Positions 1-8,669 of a stretch of 24,496 nucleotides of DNA are shown here, piece by piece. The translations under genes and the position numbers were made by a program. Each line of letters opens with the position of its first letter. Position 1 is the first letter of the stretch. The stretch comes from Fibrobacterota bacterium (GTDB lineage: Bacteria; Fibrobacterota; Fibrobacteria; UBA11236): positions 1-24,496 of the forward strand of contig JAYUVP010000021.1 in NCBI GenBank assembly GCA_043753995.1, read 5' to 3'. Under the pieces are notes generated by a model. That model had not been told where the DNA came from. It ran no database searches and saw nothing but the letters and a program-made list of their open reading frames with translations.

Positions 1-745
1 ACTCCAAAAACGCGGCCACGGCCTTGTTGTCCTCCCGGTAGGGCATGGAGCTGTCCTGCAGAAATGGACCGAGCTTGGTTCTCGCAGAATAGTCCCAGCC
101 ATCCTCGTTGAAATAATTCCCGCCCACGGTGAGCTTGAGATCCCGCCAGGACAGAAGGGTTGTTCCCGAGGCCATCTTCCCGCCGAAGGATCCGCCTCCA
201 CCCGAAACCGAGACGGACATCGGCTTCTCGGGCTCGCGGGTTACGATGTTGATAACCCCGGCCATGGCGGCGGAACCGTAAAGCACCGAACCGGGACCCC
301 GAACGATTTCGATGCGTTCAACAAGGTCCACCGGGAAGGCGGTATACATCGTCGAGTTGCTGTAGTAACCGAATCCGTCTCGATAGGGTCGGCCATTGAT
401 CAGGATCAGCACGTGATTGTCGCTGTGACTTGTCATCATACCGCGGATGGATGCCTTGGCCTGAACCTGGAAATGAGAGCTAAGGATTTGCGTGCTGGGT
501 GCCCGATTGAGCACTTCCGCCAGGTTGATAGCGTTGAAGTTCTGGATCTCTTGCCGGGTGATGACGGTGACCACGCCCGGGGCTTCGGCCACGTCTTCCT
601 CGGTTTTGGAGGCCACCTCCACCTTGAGGTTGAGCAATTCCTGCAGGGACAATTCCCGCGGGCCGCTTCCTTCTCCCGCCATGCCTAGTGCGACGAAAGT
701 CGAAACAAACCACACCACTGCTGACCAAGTTGAGTTCCCGTGCAT
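1..745 (-). CDS. TonB-dependent outer-membrane receptor, N-terminal signal and plug region (runs off the left edge)
   Basis: Not in the ORF track because it has no stop in the window. Manual translation from ATG 745: MHGNSTWSAVVWFVSTFVALGMAGEGSGPRELSLQELLNLKVEVASKTEEDVAEAPGVVTVITRQEI...IRG...HVLILINGRP...VERIEIVRGPGSVLYGSAAMAGVINIVTR, which contains the classic plug-domain motifs. Confidence 0.93.
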   Translation of the reverse strand, partial: MHGNSTWSAVVWFVSTFVALGMAGEGSGPRELSLQELLNLKVEVASKTEEDVAEAPGVVTVITRQEIQNFNAINLAEVLNRAPSTQILSSHFQVQAKASIRGMMTSHSDNHVLILINGRPYRDGFGYYSNSTMYTAFPVDLVERIEIVRGPGSVLYGSAAMAGVINIVTREPEKPMSVSVSGGGGSFGGKMASGTTLLSWRDLKLTVGGNYFNEDGWDYSARTKLGPFLQDSSMPYREDNKAVAAFLE

Positions 746-838
746 GATTTCGTGTTGAATAAAATCACCCCTTTACCTAATGCGCCGGAAGAATGTTCCA
801 GTATTACCCTCACTATTGTCAAGTCGACACTGAAGGTG

Positions 839-1852
839 TCAGGGAGGCACCAAGTCGCCGACCCGGTGCAGTCTTTCCTTGCGGATTTCCCAGCGCAAAC
901 GCTTGGCTACGCCCAGGTTAAAGGTGGTCTGCACGCTGATTAGAGATTCGAAGCCAAGTGTGGAGGGATCCGCCTCTTCCTCGAGGACATGCACTACCTG
1001 CTGGGCCGCCTGAATTCCGAGCTGGAAATAATCCGGGTAAGCCGAATAGAGTCCTAATTTTGTCTGTTTTCCGGCCAAATGAGCCAGTGGCACGACCAGA
1101 GGCACCTTACTCCGACGGAAGCGAGGTATCCAGAACTTTTCTAAGGAGACGGCATTCACCATGGCGTTGTCCGGCAGCATCCACACCACTTCGACGTCGG
1201 CATCCCTGAGCTTTTCCCACCCCTTACCACGTCTCTTGATGATTTCCTCCTCGGACAGCGGCTCATCCCCGTCGCAATCGATGCAGTGACCGACAAGCTC
1301 CAGCTTTTCCCGGGATAAGAGTCGGCGGGAATCCTCCACGAAGTCAGAGAAAATTCTCCGGTGGAATACGCCGATCCGCGTGAATTCCGTTTCGGAAAGG
1401 GTCCGTAACTGAGTGAATACCGCATAGGCTGGAACCTCGAAGCGGACTCCCAAAGTATTTCGCAGGCCTCGAGTCGCGTCTTCGGCCTTGAGAGTCATTA
1501 GCACGAATTTTGGCAGGGCCGCGAAGATCGAATCCCGTGCTTGCATCCGTTTCGCGAGGGCCACGGCCCGGAAATCCATCAGCACCAATCCTCGGGGAGC
1601 ATACTCGGTGCAAAGCTTTACCAGGGAATCCTGGGCATTTCTGGTGTCTGGGTCGAAGGTCTTCCACGTATACCGGACGCCAAGATCCGATTTCATGCCG
1701 GACAAGGCCTGCTGAAAGGATTCTCCAGCCGGCAGTATGGCCAGCAGCCGCTCTACCTTTTCCGTGGCGTGACAGCCAAGGGCGAGGATCAGAATCCCCA
1801 CTAGGACATGCGGGCTTGCCTCGGCTGGGCGCCAGGGGTTCTTCATTCCCAT
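839..1852 (-). CDS. Secreted periplasmic binding protein, ABC substrate-binding (ABC_sub_bind)-like
   Basis: 337-aa ORF with a hydrophobic N-terminal signal (VLVGILILALGC). Motifs RIGVFH, VVWMLPDNAMV, YPDYFQLGIQAAQQV and FNLGVAKRL resemble type I PBP/ABC_sub_bind proteins. The start could be 1846. Confidence 0.65.
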   Translation of the reverse strand: MGMKNPWRPAEASPHVLVGILILALGCHATEKVERLLAILPAGESFQQALSGMKSDLGVRYTWKTFDPDTRNAQDSLVKLCTEYAPRGLVLMDFRAVALAKRMQARDSIFAALPKFVLMTLKAEDATRGLRNTLGVRFEVPAYAVFTQLRTLSETEFTRIGVFHRRIFSDFVEDSRRLLSREKLELVGHCIDCDGDEPLSEEEIIKRRGKGWEKLRDADVEVVWMLPDNAMVNAVSLEKFWIPRFRRSKVPLVVPLAHLAGKQTKLGLYSAYPDYFQLGIQAAQQVVHVLEEEADPSTLGFESLISVQTTFNLGVAKRLRWEIRKERLHRVGDLVPP

Positions 1853-2556
1853 CGCTCCACCCCCAGGATATCCAGCACCTGCTTAGGCTGGCTCAGGAAT
1901 ATCTGTTTCACGCCATCTTCCCCACCCTCCGGAATGACCAGCACTGGAAAATGGTTCATAGGCTTGGACTCCATCACCACGTACAGGCTCAGCTTCGTTT
2001 CCCTTTTGATATCCGCCAAATCCGCCGCCTCCACTATGACCGCCTCCACGGCTTCCATGCCCATAAGACTCAATAAGTCTTCCCGCTTGTTGACGCGTTT
2101 GAGAGCCGCCGGTTTTAACCCAAAGGCATCCTCAACGAAGCGGGGAATTTTTTCCCGTCCAAGGAAATCCAGGATTCCGACGCGCCGCGAAGCGAGGCCG
2201 AGGGACGTGACTGTGGAATCGGCGGAAACCACCAGATACTTCCTGCGAGCGTCTCGCTTCCCTCCATTCAGCTTGATGGAGTAACCCGTCAAGTACGCCG
2301 CATAGGCCGAGGTGGTCAAGATCGGGGCCTTTGGGTAGGACGGCAGCATGTCCTCCAGGTCCCGGGTGCTGAGGAACGCAATCACCTTGCGGGGCGATAG
2401 AGCGGGACGCAGTGCGGATTCAATACGAGCCGGTGGCTGGCCGCCGGGAAGGCATACCAGGAGCGGCGGCTGTGCGTGCAGGCTGGCCCATAAGAGCAAT
2501 GGGAGCATCCCCAGAAGGAATTTGGAATCATCCACGATGACCACTTTCCTTTTCAT
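1843..2556 (-). CDS. Secreted protein, possibly type II periplasmic-binding-like, with a 14-aa CheY-like N-terminus (probable chimeric ORF)
   Basis: MKRKVVIVDDSKFL (receiver beta1 plus DD) is followed directly by a signal-peptide h/c region, LGMLPLLLWASLHA|Q. The body (RKYLVVSADS, VEAVIVE, FPVLVIP) weakly resembles phosphonate-binding-type PBPs. ATGA overlap with the cheX stop. Confidence 0.55.
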   Translation of the reverse strand: MKRKVVIVDDSKFLLGMLPLLLWASLHAQPPLLVCLPGGQPPARIESALRPALSPRKVIAFLSTRDLEDMLPSYPKAPILTTSAYAAYLTGYSIKLNGGKRDARRKYLVVSADSTVTSLGLASRRVGILDFLGREKIPRFVEDAFGLKPAALKRVNKREDLLSLMGMEAVEAVIVEAADLADIKRETKLSLYVVMESKPMNHFPVLVIPEGGEDGVKQIFLSQPKQVLDILGVERWE

Positions 2557-3050
2557 AACGCGTCGTAATCATTCCCCGTCATAGTGAAGCCGATGAAAAG
2601 CTGGGTGGAATTCACTACCAGCACACCATGCATGGCGCAGGCTTGATTCGAGCGGATGCCCTCATTTGAGAATAGAGGAGGTGAAATGGCCATGTGGCCG
2701 AAATGATCCGCGAATCCTGGGATTCCCAGCACCCGGCCGACGATGACATTGGCCACCTCACCCAAGGCGTCCAGCGCAATATCCTCGCTGCCCGCGCCGG
2801 GAACGAGAATGCCCAGATCGGTTTTATCGATGCCCACGGACAAAGTCAAGGAATAGTCGCGGTTCCAGCCCTGGACCAAGCAGCACAGGGGGGACTTATC
2901 TGTAAAGGCGGGCATTATCGCAAAACCTCGGGGTGCCAAGGTGGGCAGCTCCAAGACCCCCTCAATGGCTCTGCGGGCGCAAACCTCGAAATTCGGCAAA
3001 ATCGCCTTCAAGAAAGCCTGGGTAGCGACAGAGTCGTATGTCTCATTCAT
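2553..3050 (-). CDS. cheX: CheX-family chemotaxis/response-regulator phosphatase
   Basis: DIALDALGEVANVIVG contains the CheC/CheX ExxN motif, followed by ISPP, and the length is typical. ATG 3050 is preferred over TTG 3059, which overlaps a TATAAT box. Confidence 0.75.
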   Translation of the reverse strand: MNETYDSVATQAFLKAILPNFEVCARRAIEGVLELPTLAPRGFAIMPAFTDKSPLCCLVQGWNRDYSLTLSVGIDKTDLGILVPGAGSEDIALDALGEVANVIVGRVLGIPGFADHFGHMAISPPLFSNEGIRSNQACAMHGVLVVNSTQLFIGFTMTGNDYDAL

Positions 3051-3129
3051 TACCGGCAATTATACGCTTGGTGTGACGCGGATCCCATGGAAATACGCAC
3101 CTGAATTACTAATGTGTGACGATTAAAAT

Positions 3130-5586
3130 TTAGAGGCGTGAGGCACTTAACGCTTGCAATAGGCTGAGGTTCACGCCCACTTGAATGCTATAGAGGCGGC
3201 GATAGCGATCGAAGGCTCCGGTGCCCAGCCTAATAGGCCCTATGGGCGTCGGATAGGACAAGTTCAATTCCCAATAGCGCTGCCACCGATTCGCCTGCTC
3301 TTCGAGTATAGTACCGCCTTCGTGCTTCACCCAGCCATAAGCCAATCGCCCTTGCAAGCCAGCCCAATGCGGTAATGCTTCGGCGCGAAAATGCGTATAC
3401 CGCAAGGCCTTGGCACCCATGAAAAAATATTGATTGGCAAAGCTGAGGCCATCGACTTCAGGGCCGGTATACCAGTCATAGGCGTCGACGCGATAGTCGG
3501 GATAATTGCTCCACACCATATCGACGCATAGACGTGCATAGGGGAACCGCAAGGCCTCGTGCATGGAGATTTGGTATTGCACGGGCTTTACCTGGCCTTC
3601 ATTCACCAATTGCGCGGTGCGGTAGTGCAAGCTCAGGGTGGGCTGAAACCAAGCGCCTAAGGGTAAGGGTTGGCATCCCAGGCATAGTTCGCTATTGGCT
3701 TCGAGCATGGTGCGCAGGCTGTCTAGGAAATCATCTTGCATTTGATATTTCAAATTGCGCATCGAGACCTCATTGCTGATTCGATTCGCGCCATTGGGCC
3801 AAAGGTCGAGAAAAAAAGTGGATCGCTTTTCTCGCATGCGAAAATTGATCACGCCGTAGTGATCGAGATCATAGGCATAAGTTGGGTGATAAAGGTCTAG
3901 GTAGGTGGGCTGATTCAAATCCCATTGGGCATGGCGCAAGCCCGATCTTAAGGGCACAGGTGCCAAGGGTTGGGCGAAGGCCTGCAAGGCCCAACCGGGC
4001 TGCCGGCCCCCCACATCACCCATGACCTCGACCTTGAGGGGAATAAAATACGGCTCGGACCACGATAAGCCTGCCAGCACTTCGGGGCCGCGCGTGGAAA
4101 GAGGTTCATGGGTCCAAACCATGCGGGGAGCCGCCCAAATCGAGATTTTCGATTGCTCCTTCGCTGAGAAAACCAATTGATGGCCGCCAGCTTGGGATTC
4201 CAACCAAGCCACATCGAGCTGACTATAAAAGCCAGTGGCCATGACGTCATTCATGACTTGCCGACTGGCCTGCCAGGAAAGACCCAAGGACGGTTCGTCG
4301 AGCATATTGAGCAAAAGCTCGCGTCCTCCGGAAGCCAGGGGATCGATTATTACCTGGGCCTCGCGCGCGGCTCTAGGCAGGTGGGAAAGCGCGCTGACGG
4401 AATCTTGTCCGGGACGGCGCATGAGGCGCAAGAGCACGTCCATATGCTGCAGGGCCGCCTTAAAACCGAGATCGCGCCAAAGGGCGGGAGTATTGGCCTG
4501 CAAACCGCCCGCATCGGGTTGAATGTCGATGAATTCCACTTTTTCCTGCTGGGCCAAGGAGTCAAGCACCCGCCTTTTGCCTTCGCGATAGCCATGCTCC
4601 AGCGAATCGCGCCATAGTGGCGAAGCGCCGCCGAACATGCGCCGCGGCAAATGCGGTGATAAGCGCAAGGTCACCAATTGATCAAAGGTGAAAGGCAATT
4701 GCCGCATATTGAAATCATGCGCGGAAACCTGGGCGCCATCGGTAAAGGGCCGAACCGATGGTCTTTCGCGAGCCACTTGCGGGGGCAATAAACAGGCCTT
4801 GAGTAAATCCTGCAAGTCGCCACGATTCAAGGTGCGTAAACCGCCCGCATCTTGATCATAAACCTGCAAGGCCAAGGGTATGCCGGCCTTTTCCAACTCA
4901 CCTATGGGACCTCCCGGCGCATCGAGAGCCAGGCGTGAAATCAACCAGGACACATGCAAATATTCAGGCGCTTCGGCATGCGGCCCATCCACCCAAAGGG
5001 CCTTGTCGCCCTGCAGGGATTGGCTCGACAAGGTCCAGGAAAAAGCAGGGGATTCGGCTTGCTTAAAGTCGGGAGCAAGTTGAGTCTTGCGCGGAGCATT
5101 GAAAGGCAATATCCACGCATCTTCGGGTTCACTGAGCAAGGTCGCTTCTAATTGATTGGCCGAATACCCCAAAGCATAGGCGGCGGCAATCAGGGCGGCG
5201 CGTGACTCGCCCACCACGGCATCGGGACGCAAGCCATAGGTTTGCAAGGCCGCCATGAGGCCCAAGGCGGCATAGACTTCTTGATCATCCGCCGAGAGGT
5301 AAAGCACGGCATGATAATGCGGCAAGGTCTCCAGGGCCTTGCCTTGCAGTGCTGGCCGAGGCAAAGCCTGGGGCCTAGGCAGGGGCGATGGCAAGGTCCG
5401 CAAAGTATCGCGGCGAGGCGCGGCTGCCGAATCTTGCTTGGCCTTGGCCACCGCTTCGGGCGAAGAGGTATCCAAGGTCACAAAGGCCATGGTGGGCCTG
5501 GCGCTCGTAAGGCAAAGCGTGGCTAGGGTCAAAACCTTCGCAAGCAAGGGGGTGGTCAAGGTCAAAGGCCAGCGCGAAAAGAACAT
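3130..5586 (-). CDS. Patatin-like domain plus probable POTRA and outer-membrane beta-barrel (PlpD/type Vd-like), with degenerate catalytic motifs
   Basis: Signal peptide and Pro-rich linker, then a patatin-like N-terminus (VLYLSADDQE..ALGLMAALQTYGLRPDAVVGESRAALIAAAYALG; FTDGA). A POTRA-like MATGFYSQL segment and an Omp85-like C-terminus (LSYPTPIGPIRLG..YSIQVGVNL) follow. Start 5586 chosen over 5640. Confidence 0.7.
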   Translation of the reverse strand: MFFSRWPLTLTTPLLAKVLTLATLCLTSARPTMAFVTLDTSSPEAVAKAKQDSAAAPRRDTLRTLPSPLPRPQALPRPALQGKALETLPHYHAVLYLSADDQEVYAALGLMAALQTYGLRPDAVVGESRAALIAAAYALGYSANQLEATLLSEPEDAWILPFNAPRKTQLAPDFKQAESPAFSWTLSSQSLQGDKALWVDGPHAEAPEYLHVSWLISRLALDAPGGPIGELEKAGIPLALQVYDQDAGGLRTLNRGDLQDLLKACLLPPQVARERPSVRPFTDGAQVSAHDFNMRQLPFTFDQLVTLRLSPHLPRRMFGGASPLWRDSLEHGYREGKRRVLDSLAQQEKVEFIDIQPDAGGLQANTPALWRDLGFKAALQHMDVLLRLMRRPGQDSVSALSHLPRAAREAQVIIDPLASGGRELLLNMLDEPSLGLSWQASRQVMNDVMATGFYSQLDVAWLESQAGGHQLVFSAKEQSKISIWAAPRMVWTHEPLSTRGPEVLAGLSWSEPYFIPLKVEVMGDVGGRQPGWALQAFAQPLAPVPLRSGLRHAQWDLNQPTYLDLYHPTYAYDLDHYGVINFRMREKRSTFFLDLWPNGANRISNEVSMRNLKYQMQDDFLDSLRTMLEANSELCLGCQPLPLGAWFQPTLSLHYRTAQLVNEGQVKPVQYQISMHEALRFPYARLCVDMVWSNYPDYRVDAYDWYTGPEVDGLSFANQYFFMGAKALRYTHFRAEALPHWAGLQGRLAYGWVKHEGGTILEEQANRWQRYWELNLSYPTPIGPIRLGTGAFDRYRRLYSIQVGVNLSLLQALSASRL

Positions 5587-5642
5587 GCCTAGGTATGATA
5601 CTACTTTCGGCGGCGACTCACTTTTGAAACAAGGCTTCACCC

Positions 5643-5972
5643 ATGGAAGACGAAGCAGTCCCCCTGATTGGCTACATCACGGTGCCGACTTCCGAAGCGG
5701 CCCTGACCTTAGGGCGCATCTTGGTCGAGGAAAAACTGGCAGGCTGCATTCATGTCCTGCCGGGTATGACCTCGATTTATGCCTGGCAGGGAAAAATCGA
5801 AACCTCCGCGGAATGCCTGCTTTTGGCGAAAACCTCGGCTACGAGAAAAGACGCCTTGCTGGCCAGAGTGAAGGCTTGGCATCCCTATGAATTGCCTTGC
5901 ATACTCTTTTTACCCATCACCGGCGGGCATGCCCCTTATCTCTCATGGCTTATGCAAGGCTGCCGGCCATGA
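5643..5972 (+). CDS. cutA: Divalent-cation tolerance protein CutA
   Basis: YITVP..A..LGRILVEEKLAGC, SIYAWQGKIE..E.LLLAKT and HPYELPCI motifs; 109 aa. Confidence 0.95.
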   Translation: MEDEAVPLIGYITVPTSEAALTLGRILVEEKLAGCIHVLPGMTSIYAWQGKIETSAECLLLAKTSATRKDALLARVKAWHPYELPCILFLPITGGHAPYLSWLMQGCRP

Positions 5973-6556
5973 GTCGCCTCTTTGTCGCCCTGAATTTGCC
6001 CGATGCCGCCAAGGACGTTTTGACGCAATTGCCAGGGGATTTGCCCGAAGCGCGTTGGACCGACTCCGACGCCTTTCATCTCACCTTACGCTTTTTCGGG
6101 GAGGCTTCTGACCGCGAGGAAAAACGCATCCTGGCCGCCTTAGAAAGGGTGGAAAGCCCGGCCTTTTTATTGAGCCTGTCCGGACTGGGTCTTTTTCCGC
6201 TGCGCGGCGACCCCGAGGTCTTGTGGGTGGGCGTCAAGGAAAACCCCCTGCTTTTGCAATTGCGGCATCGCATCGAGGCGGCCTTGGCCGCCGAAGGTTT
6301 GAACCGCGACAGTCGAAAATTTCATCCTCATGTGACTCTCGCCCGTTTGGACGAAGGCCCCATCGATAGGCTGGCCCAATATCTCAAGCAGCACGCTTTA
6401 TTCAAGCTCGATGAAATGCCTATCACCTCTTTCAGTCTTTTCTCCAGCCAATTAACGCCGGGCGGCGCCCATTATACGGAAGAGGCCGTCTATCCCCTAT
6501 ACGGTTTGGTGGATGGCGATGATTTATTGGAGCAAGATGCGGACAGCCAAGAATAG
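5969..6556 (+). CDS. thpR: RNA 2',3'-cyclic phosphodiesterase (2H phosphoesterase, LigT/ThpR)
   Basis: MSRLFVAL start with ATGA overlap on the cutA stop. Two HxT motifs (FHLTLRF, PHVTLAR) and C-terminal FSLFSSQLTPGGAHY. Confidence 0.93.
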   Translation: MSRLFVALNLPDAAKDVLTQLPGDLPEARWTDSDAFHLTLRFFGEASDREEKRILAALERVESPAFLLSLSGLGLFPLRGDPEVLWVGVKENPLLLQLRHRIEAALAAEGLNRDSRKFHPHVTLARLDEGPIDRLAQYLKQHALFKLDEMPITSFSLFSSQLTPGGAHYTEEAVYPLYGLVDGDDLLEQDADSQE

Positions 6557-6562
6557 GCGGGT

Positions 6563-7366
6563 CTAAATAAAATCGCGTTTGCGAAAGGCCAGGCAGGCTA
6601 TGCCGAGAAAGACGGCGGCGAAGCAAAGCGCATATCCGGTATTCCAAAGCAAATAATGATCGGGTATGGAAAGTCCATAGGTAACGCGTCCGCGAATATT
6701 GAAGTTTTCCAAATTGGGAATCAAATAATAAATGGCATGAAGAATGAAATCTTCCACGGGCGTGACGGTGGGAGTACCGGGAAGCCGCTCGCCGAAGCGT
6801 TTGATGAAGGAAAGATGATTGATGAGATCGCCGCTCAAATGACCGGCCACATAAATCGCAAAGGTGAATAAAGCGCTTAAAACCGGGGTGGAAAAGCTGG
6901 AAAAGAGCAAAGCAGCAGCGGTGATGATAGCCATTTCGAGATAGACCATATAAACTGCCGACAATAGGCTCCAGGTGGGATGGGCCTTGGTTCCGTAAAG
7001 CACCAAATAAAGGCAAGCCGTCATGATTAGCACATCGACGGCTAGCACGGCCAAGAGGCCGAGATATTTGCCCACGATGAATTTCCATCGGGGAAATGGA
7101 CGCGCCAACAAGGTTAGCACCGTTTTGCGCTGTATTTCTTTTTGAATGAGGCCAATGCCGACGAAAACCGCCATGAATAAACCGAATAAACTCATCACGG
7201 CCAAGGCGAAATCTTTAATCACGTATTCACGCGCGAATAGCGACCAATCGCCCAGCATCAAGGAAAAAGCCATGAGGCCCAAGGCGAAGAATACCAGGTT
7301 ATAGAGAATTTTATCGCGCACGGTTTCTCGAAAAGTATTCGAGGCGAGCACCCAGAGAATTTTCAT
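6563..7366 (-). CDS. ABC-2 type transporter permease (Myxococcus PilI-like)
   Basis: MKILWVLASNTFRETVRDKILY...KEIQRKTVLTLLARPFPRWKFIVGKYLG...YYLIPNLENFN...FRKRDF, about 6 TM helices. ATG 7366 overlaps the ATPase stop (ATGA). Confidence 0.88.
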   Translation of the reverse strand: MKILWVLASNTFRETVRDKILYNLVFFALGLMAFSLMLGDWSLFAREYVIKDFALAVMSLFGLFMAVFVGIGLIQKEIQRKTVLTLLARPFPRWKFIVGKYLGLLAVLAVDVLIMTACLYLVLYGTKAHPTWSLLSAVYMVYLEMAIITAAALLFSSFSTPVLSALFTFAIYVAGHLSGDLINHLSFIKRFGERLPGTPTVTPVEDFILHAIYYLIPNLENFNIRGRVTYGLSIPDHYLLWNTGYALCFAAVFLGIACLAFRKRDFI

Positions 7367-8268
7367 TTCTGCCTCAACACTTCTTGCGCCAGCACATCTT
7401 CCAAGGAAGGGCGCAAATGCTCGACGGTTTCCACGGCGAGATTTTGTCCTATGGCCCAACGCAAAGCGCCGTCGCGGGCTAAGGCATCATCGCAATGCAA
7501 ATGCTTGGGGTTTAGCCAATGGCAACGCTCTAGTGCGGGCGTCGTGGTGGGTGGGTCGGCCAGGGAGATGACATAGGCTTTGCCTTCGTCGGCCAAAACT
7601 TCATTCACCGTACCGGTGCGGCGCACTTGTCCGTCCACCATCATGGCTAGGCGTGTGCATATGGCTTCGACATCGCCCAAAACATGGCTGCTATAAAAGA
7701 CCGTGACGCCTTGGCGATGCAAGCGCAGCAATAGCTCGCGCACCTCTTTCCGTCCCATGGGATCGAGGCCCGACATCGGCTCATCGAGTATGACCAGCTT
7801 AGGCGAGGAAAGCAGGGCCTGAGCTAAACCCGTGCGCTGCAACATGCCCTTGCTGAAGGTGCGAAGTTTTCTGCCCATCCATTCGCTTTTGAGACCCGTG
7901 AGGCTGGCGACTTCGTCGATGCGCCGTTCTAAATCGGGGCCAGACAATCCGGCCAGGCCGCCATAAAAGCGCAAGAATTCGGCAGCGGTCAAGTAGTCGT
8001 AGAAATAGGGCTGTTCAGGTAAAAAGCCGACTTCGCGTCGACCTGCTACGCTGCCCGCGGGATGGCCCATGAGGGTGGCCTCACCCGTATCGGCATGCAA
8101 TAAACCAAGCAAGATTTTGATGGATGTGGATTTTCCAGCCCCATTGGGGCCGATGAAACCGAAAAGATCGCCCGGCTTGACCTCGAAGGTCGCCCCGCGC
8201 AATGCCTCGACCTTGGTGCGGAAAAAGCCGAGACGATAGGTCTTGCGCAAATCCCGAACTTTTATCAT
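7363..8268 (-). CDS. ABC transporter ATP-binding protein (Myxococcus PilH-like)
   Basis: Walker A GPNGAGKST, signature FSKGMLQR, Walker B ILDEPMSGLD, H-loop SSH, and C-terminal SLED. Confidence 0.95.
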   Translation of the reverse strand: MIKVRDLRKTYRLGFFRTKVEALRGATFEVKPGDLFGFIGPNGAGKSTSIKILLGLLHADTGEATLMGHPAGSVAGRREVGFLPEQPYFYDYLTAAEFLRFYGGLAGLSGPDLERRIDEVASLTGLKSEWMGRKLRTFSKGMLQRTGLAQALLSSPKLVILDEPMSGLDPMGRKEVRELLLRLHRQGVTVFYSSHVLGDVEAICTRLAMMVDGQVRRTGTVNEVLADEGKAYVISLADPPTTTPALERCHWLNPKHLHCDDALARDGALRWAIGQNLAVETVEHLRPSLEDVLAQEVLRQK

Positions 8269-8281
8269 GCCTTCCTATCCT

Positions 8282-8584
8282 TCACGAAGCGCGCCGCCGT
8301 TTGATGCGCAACCAATGGGACATGACCCGGCCAATGACGTAGGCGCTGACTCCCACCATTAGGAAATAAAGGCCAAGGGCATTGCCGTTCAGAATGAAAT
8401 CGTCGTAGCGCAATTTTCCCTCGCGATAAAGCCAAAAGAAAAGGCCACCGGTGAGTATGCAGACAAAGCCCATCACCAAGAGATACCAGGCCACGGTGTC
8501 TTGCCAGGTTTTACGCGGCACCAAATCCGAATGCAAATGGATTGGGCCGGCTTCGTTTTCGCTGTTGGGAGTGGTCGTATTCAT
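8282..8584 (-). CDS. Small hypothetical membrane protein (2 TM)
   Basis: Two hydrophobic helices and a basic C-terminal tail. It lies 13 nt upstream of the ATPase on the same strand. ATG 8584 is preceded by TATATT. Confidence 0.75.
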   Translation of the reverse strand: MNTTTPNSENEAGPIHLHSDLVPRKTWQDTVAWYLLVMGFVCILTGGLFFWLYREGKLRYDDFILNGNALGLYFLMVGVSAYVIGRVMSHWLRIKRRRAS

Positions 8585-8669
8585 AGCAAGCAATATACTC
8601 GTCGCATTTTATCCTACTCGGTCGCCTCAGGCAAGGGAGAAGGCCGGAATGTCACCCGGATAGGTGCCC

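Noticed and set aside
413..943. Short ORFs 413..688, 480..728, 492..758 and 740..943
   Set aside because: They are shadow or alternative frames of the TonB-dependent receptor, which has clear motifs in a frame the ORF track omits.
5897..5968. N-terminal extension of thpR (likewise the extensions to 7459 for the permease and 11794 for the C39 protein)
   Set aside because: They overlap the upstream genes. Internal ATGs with ATGA coupling match the family starts.
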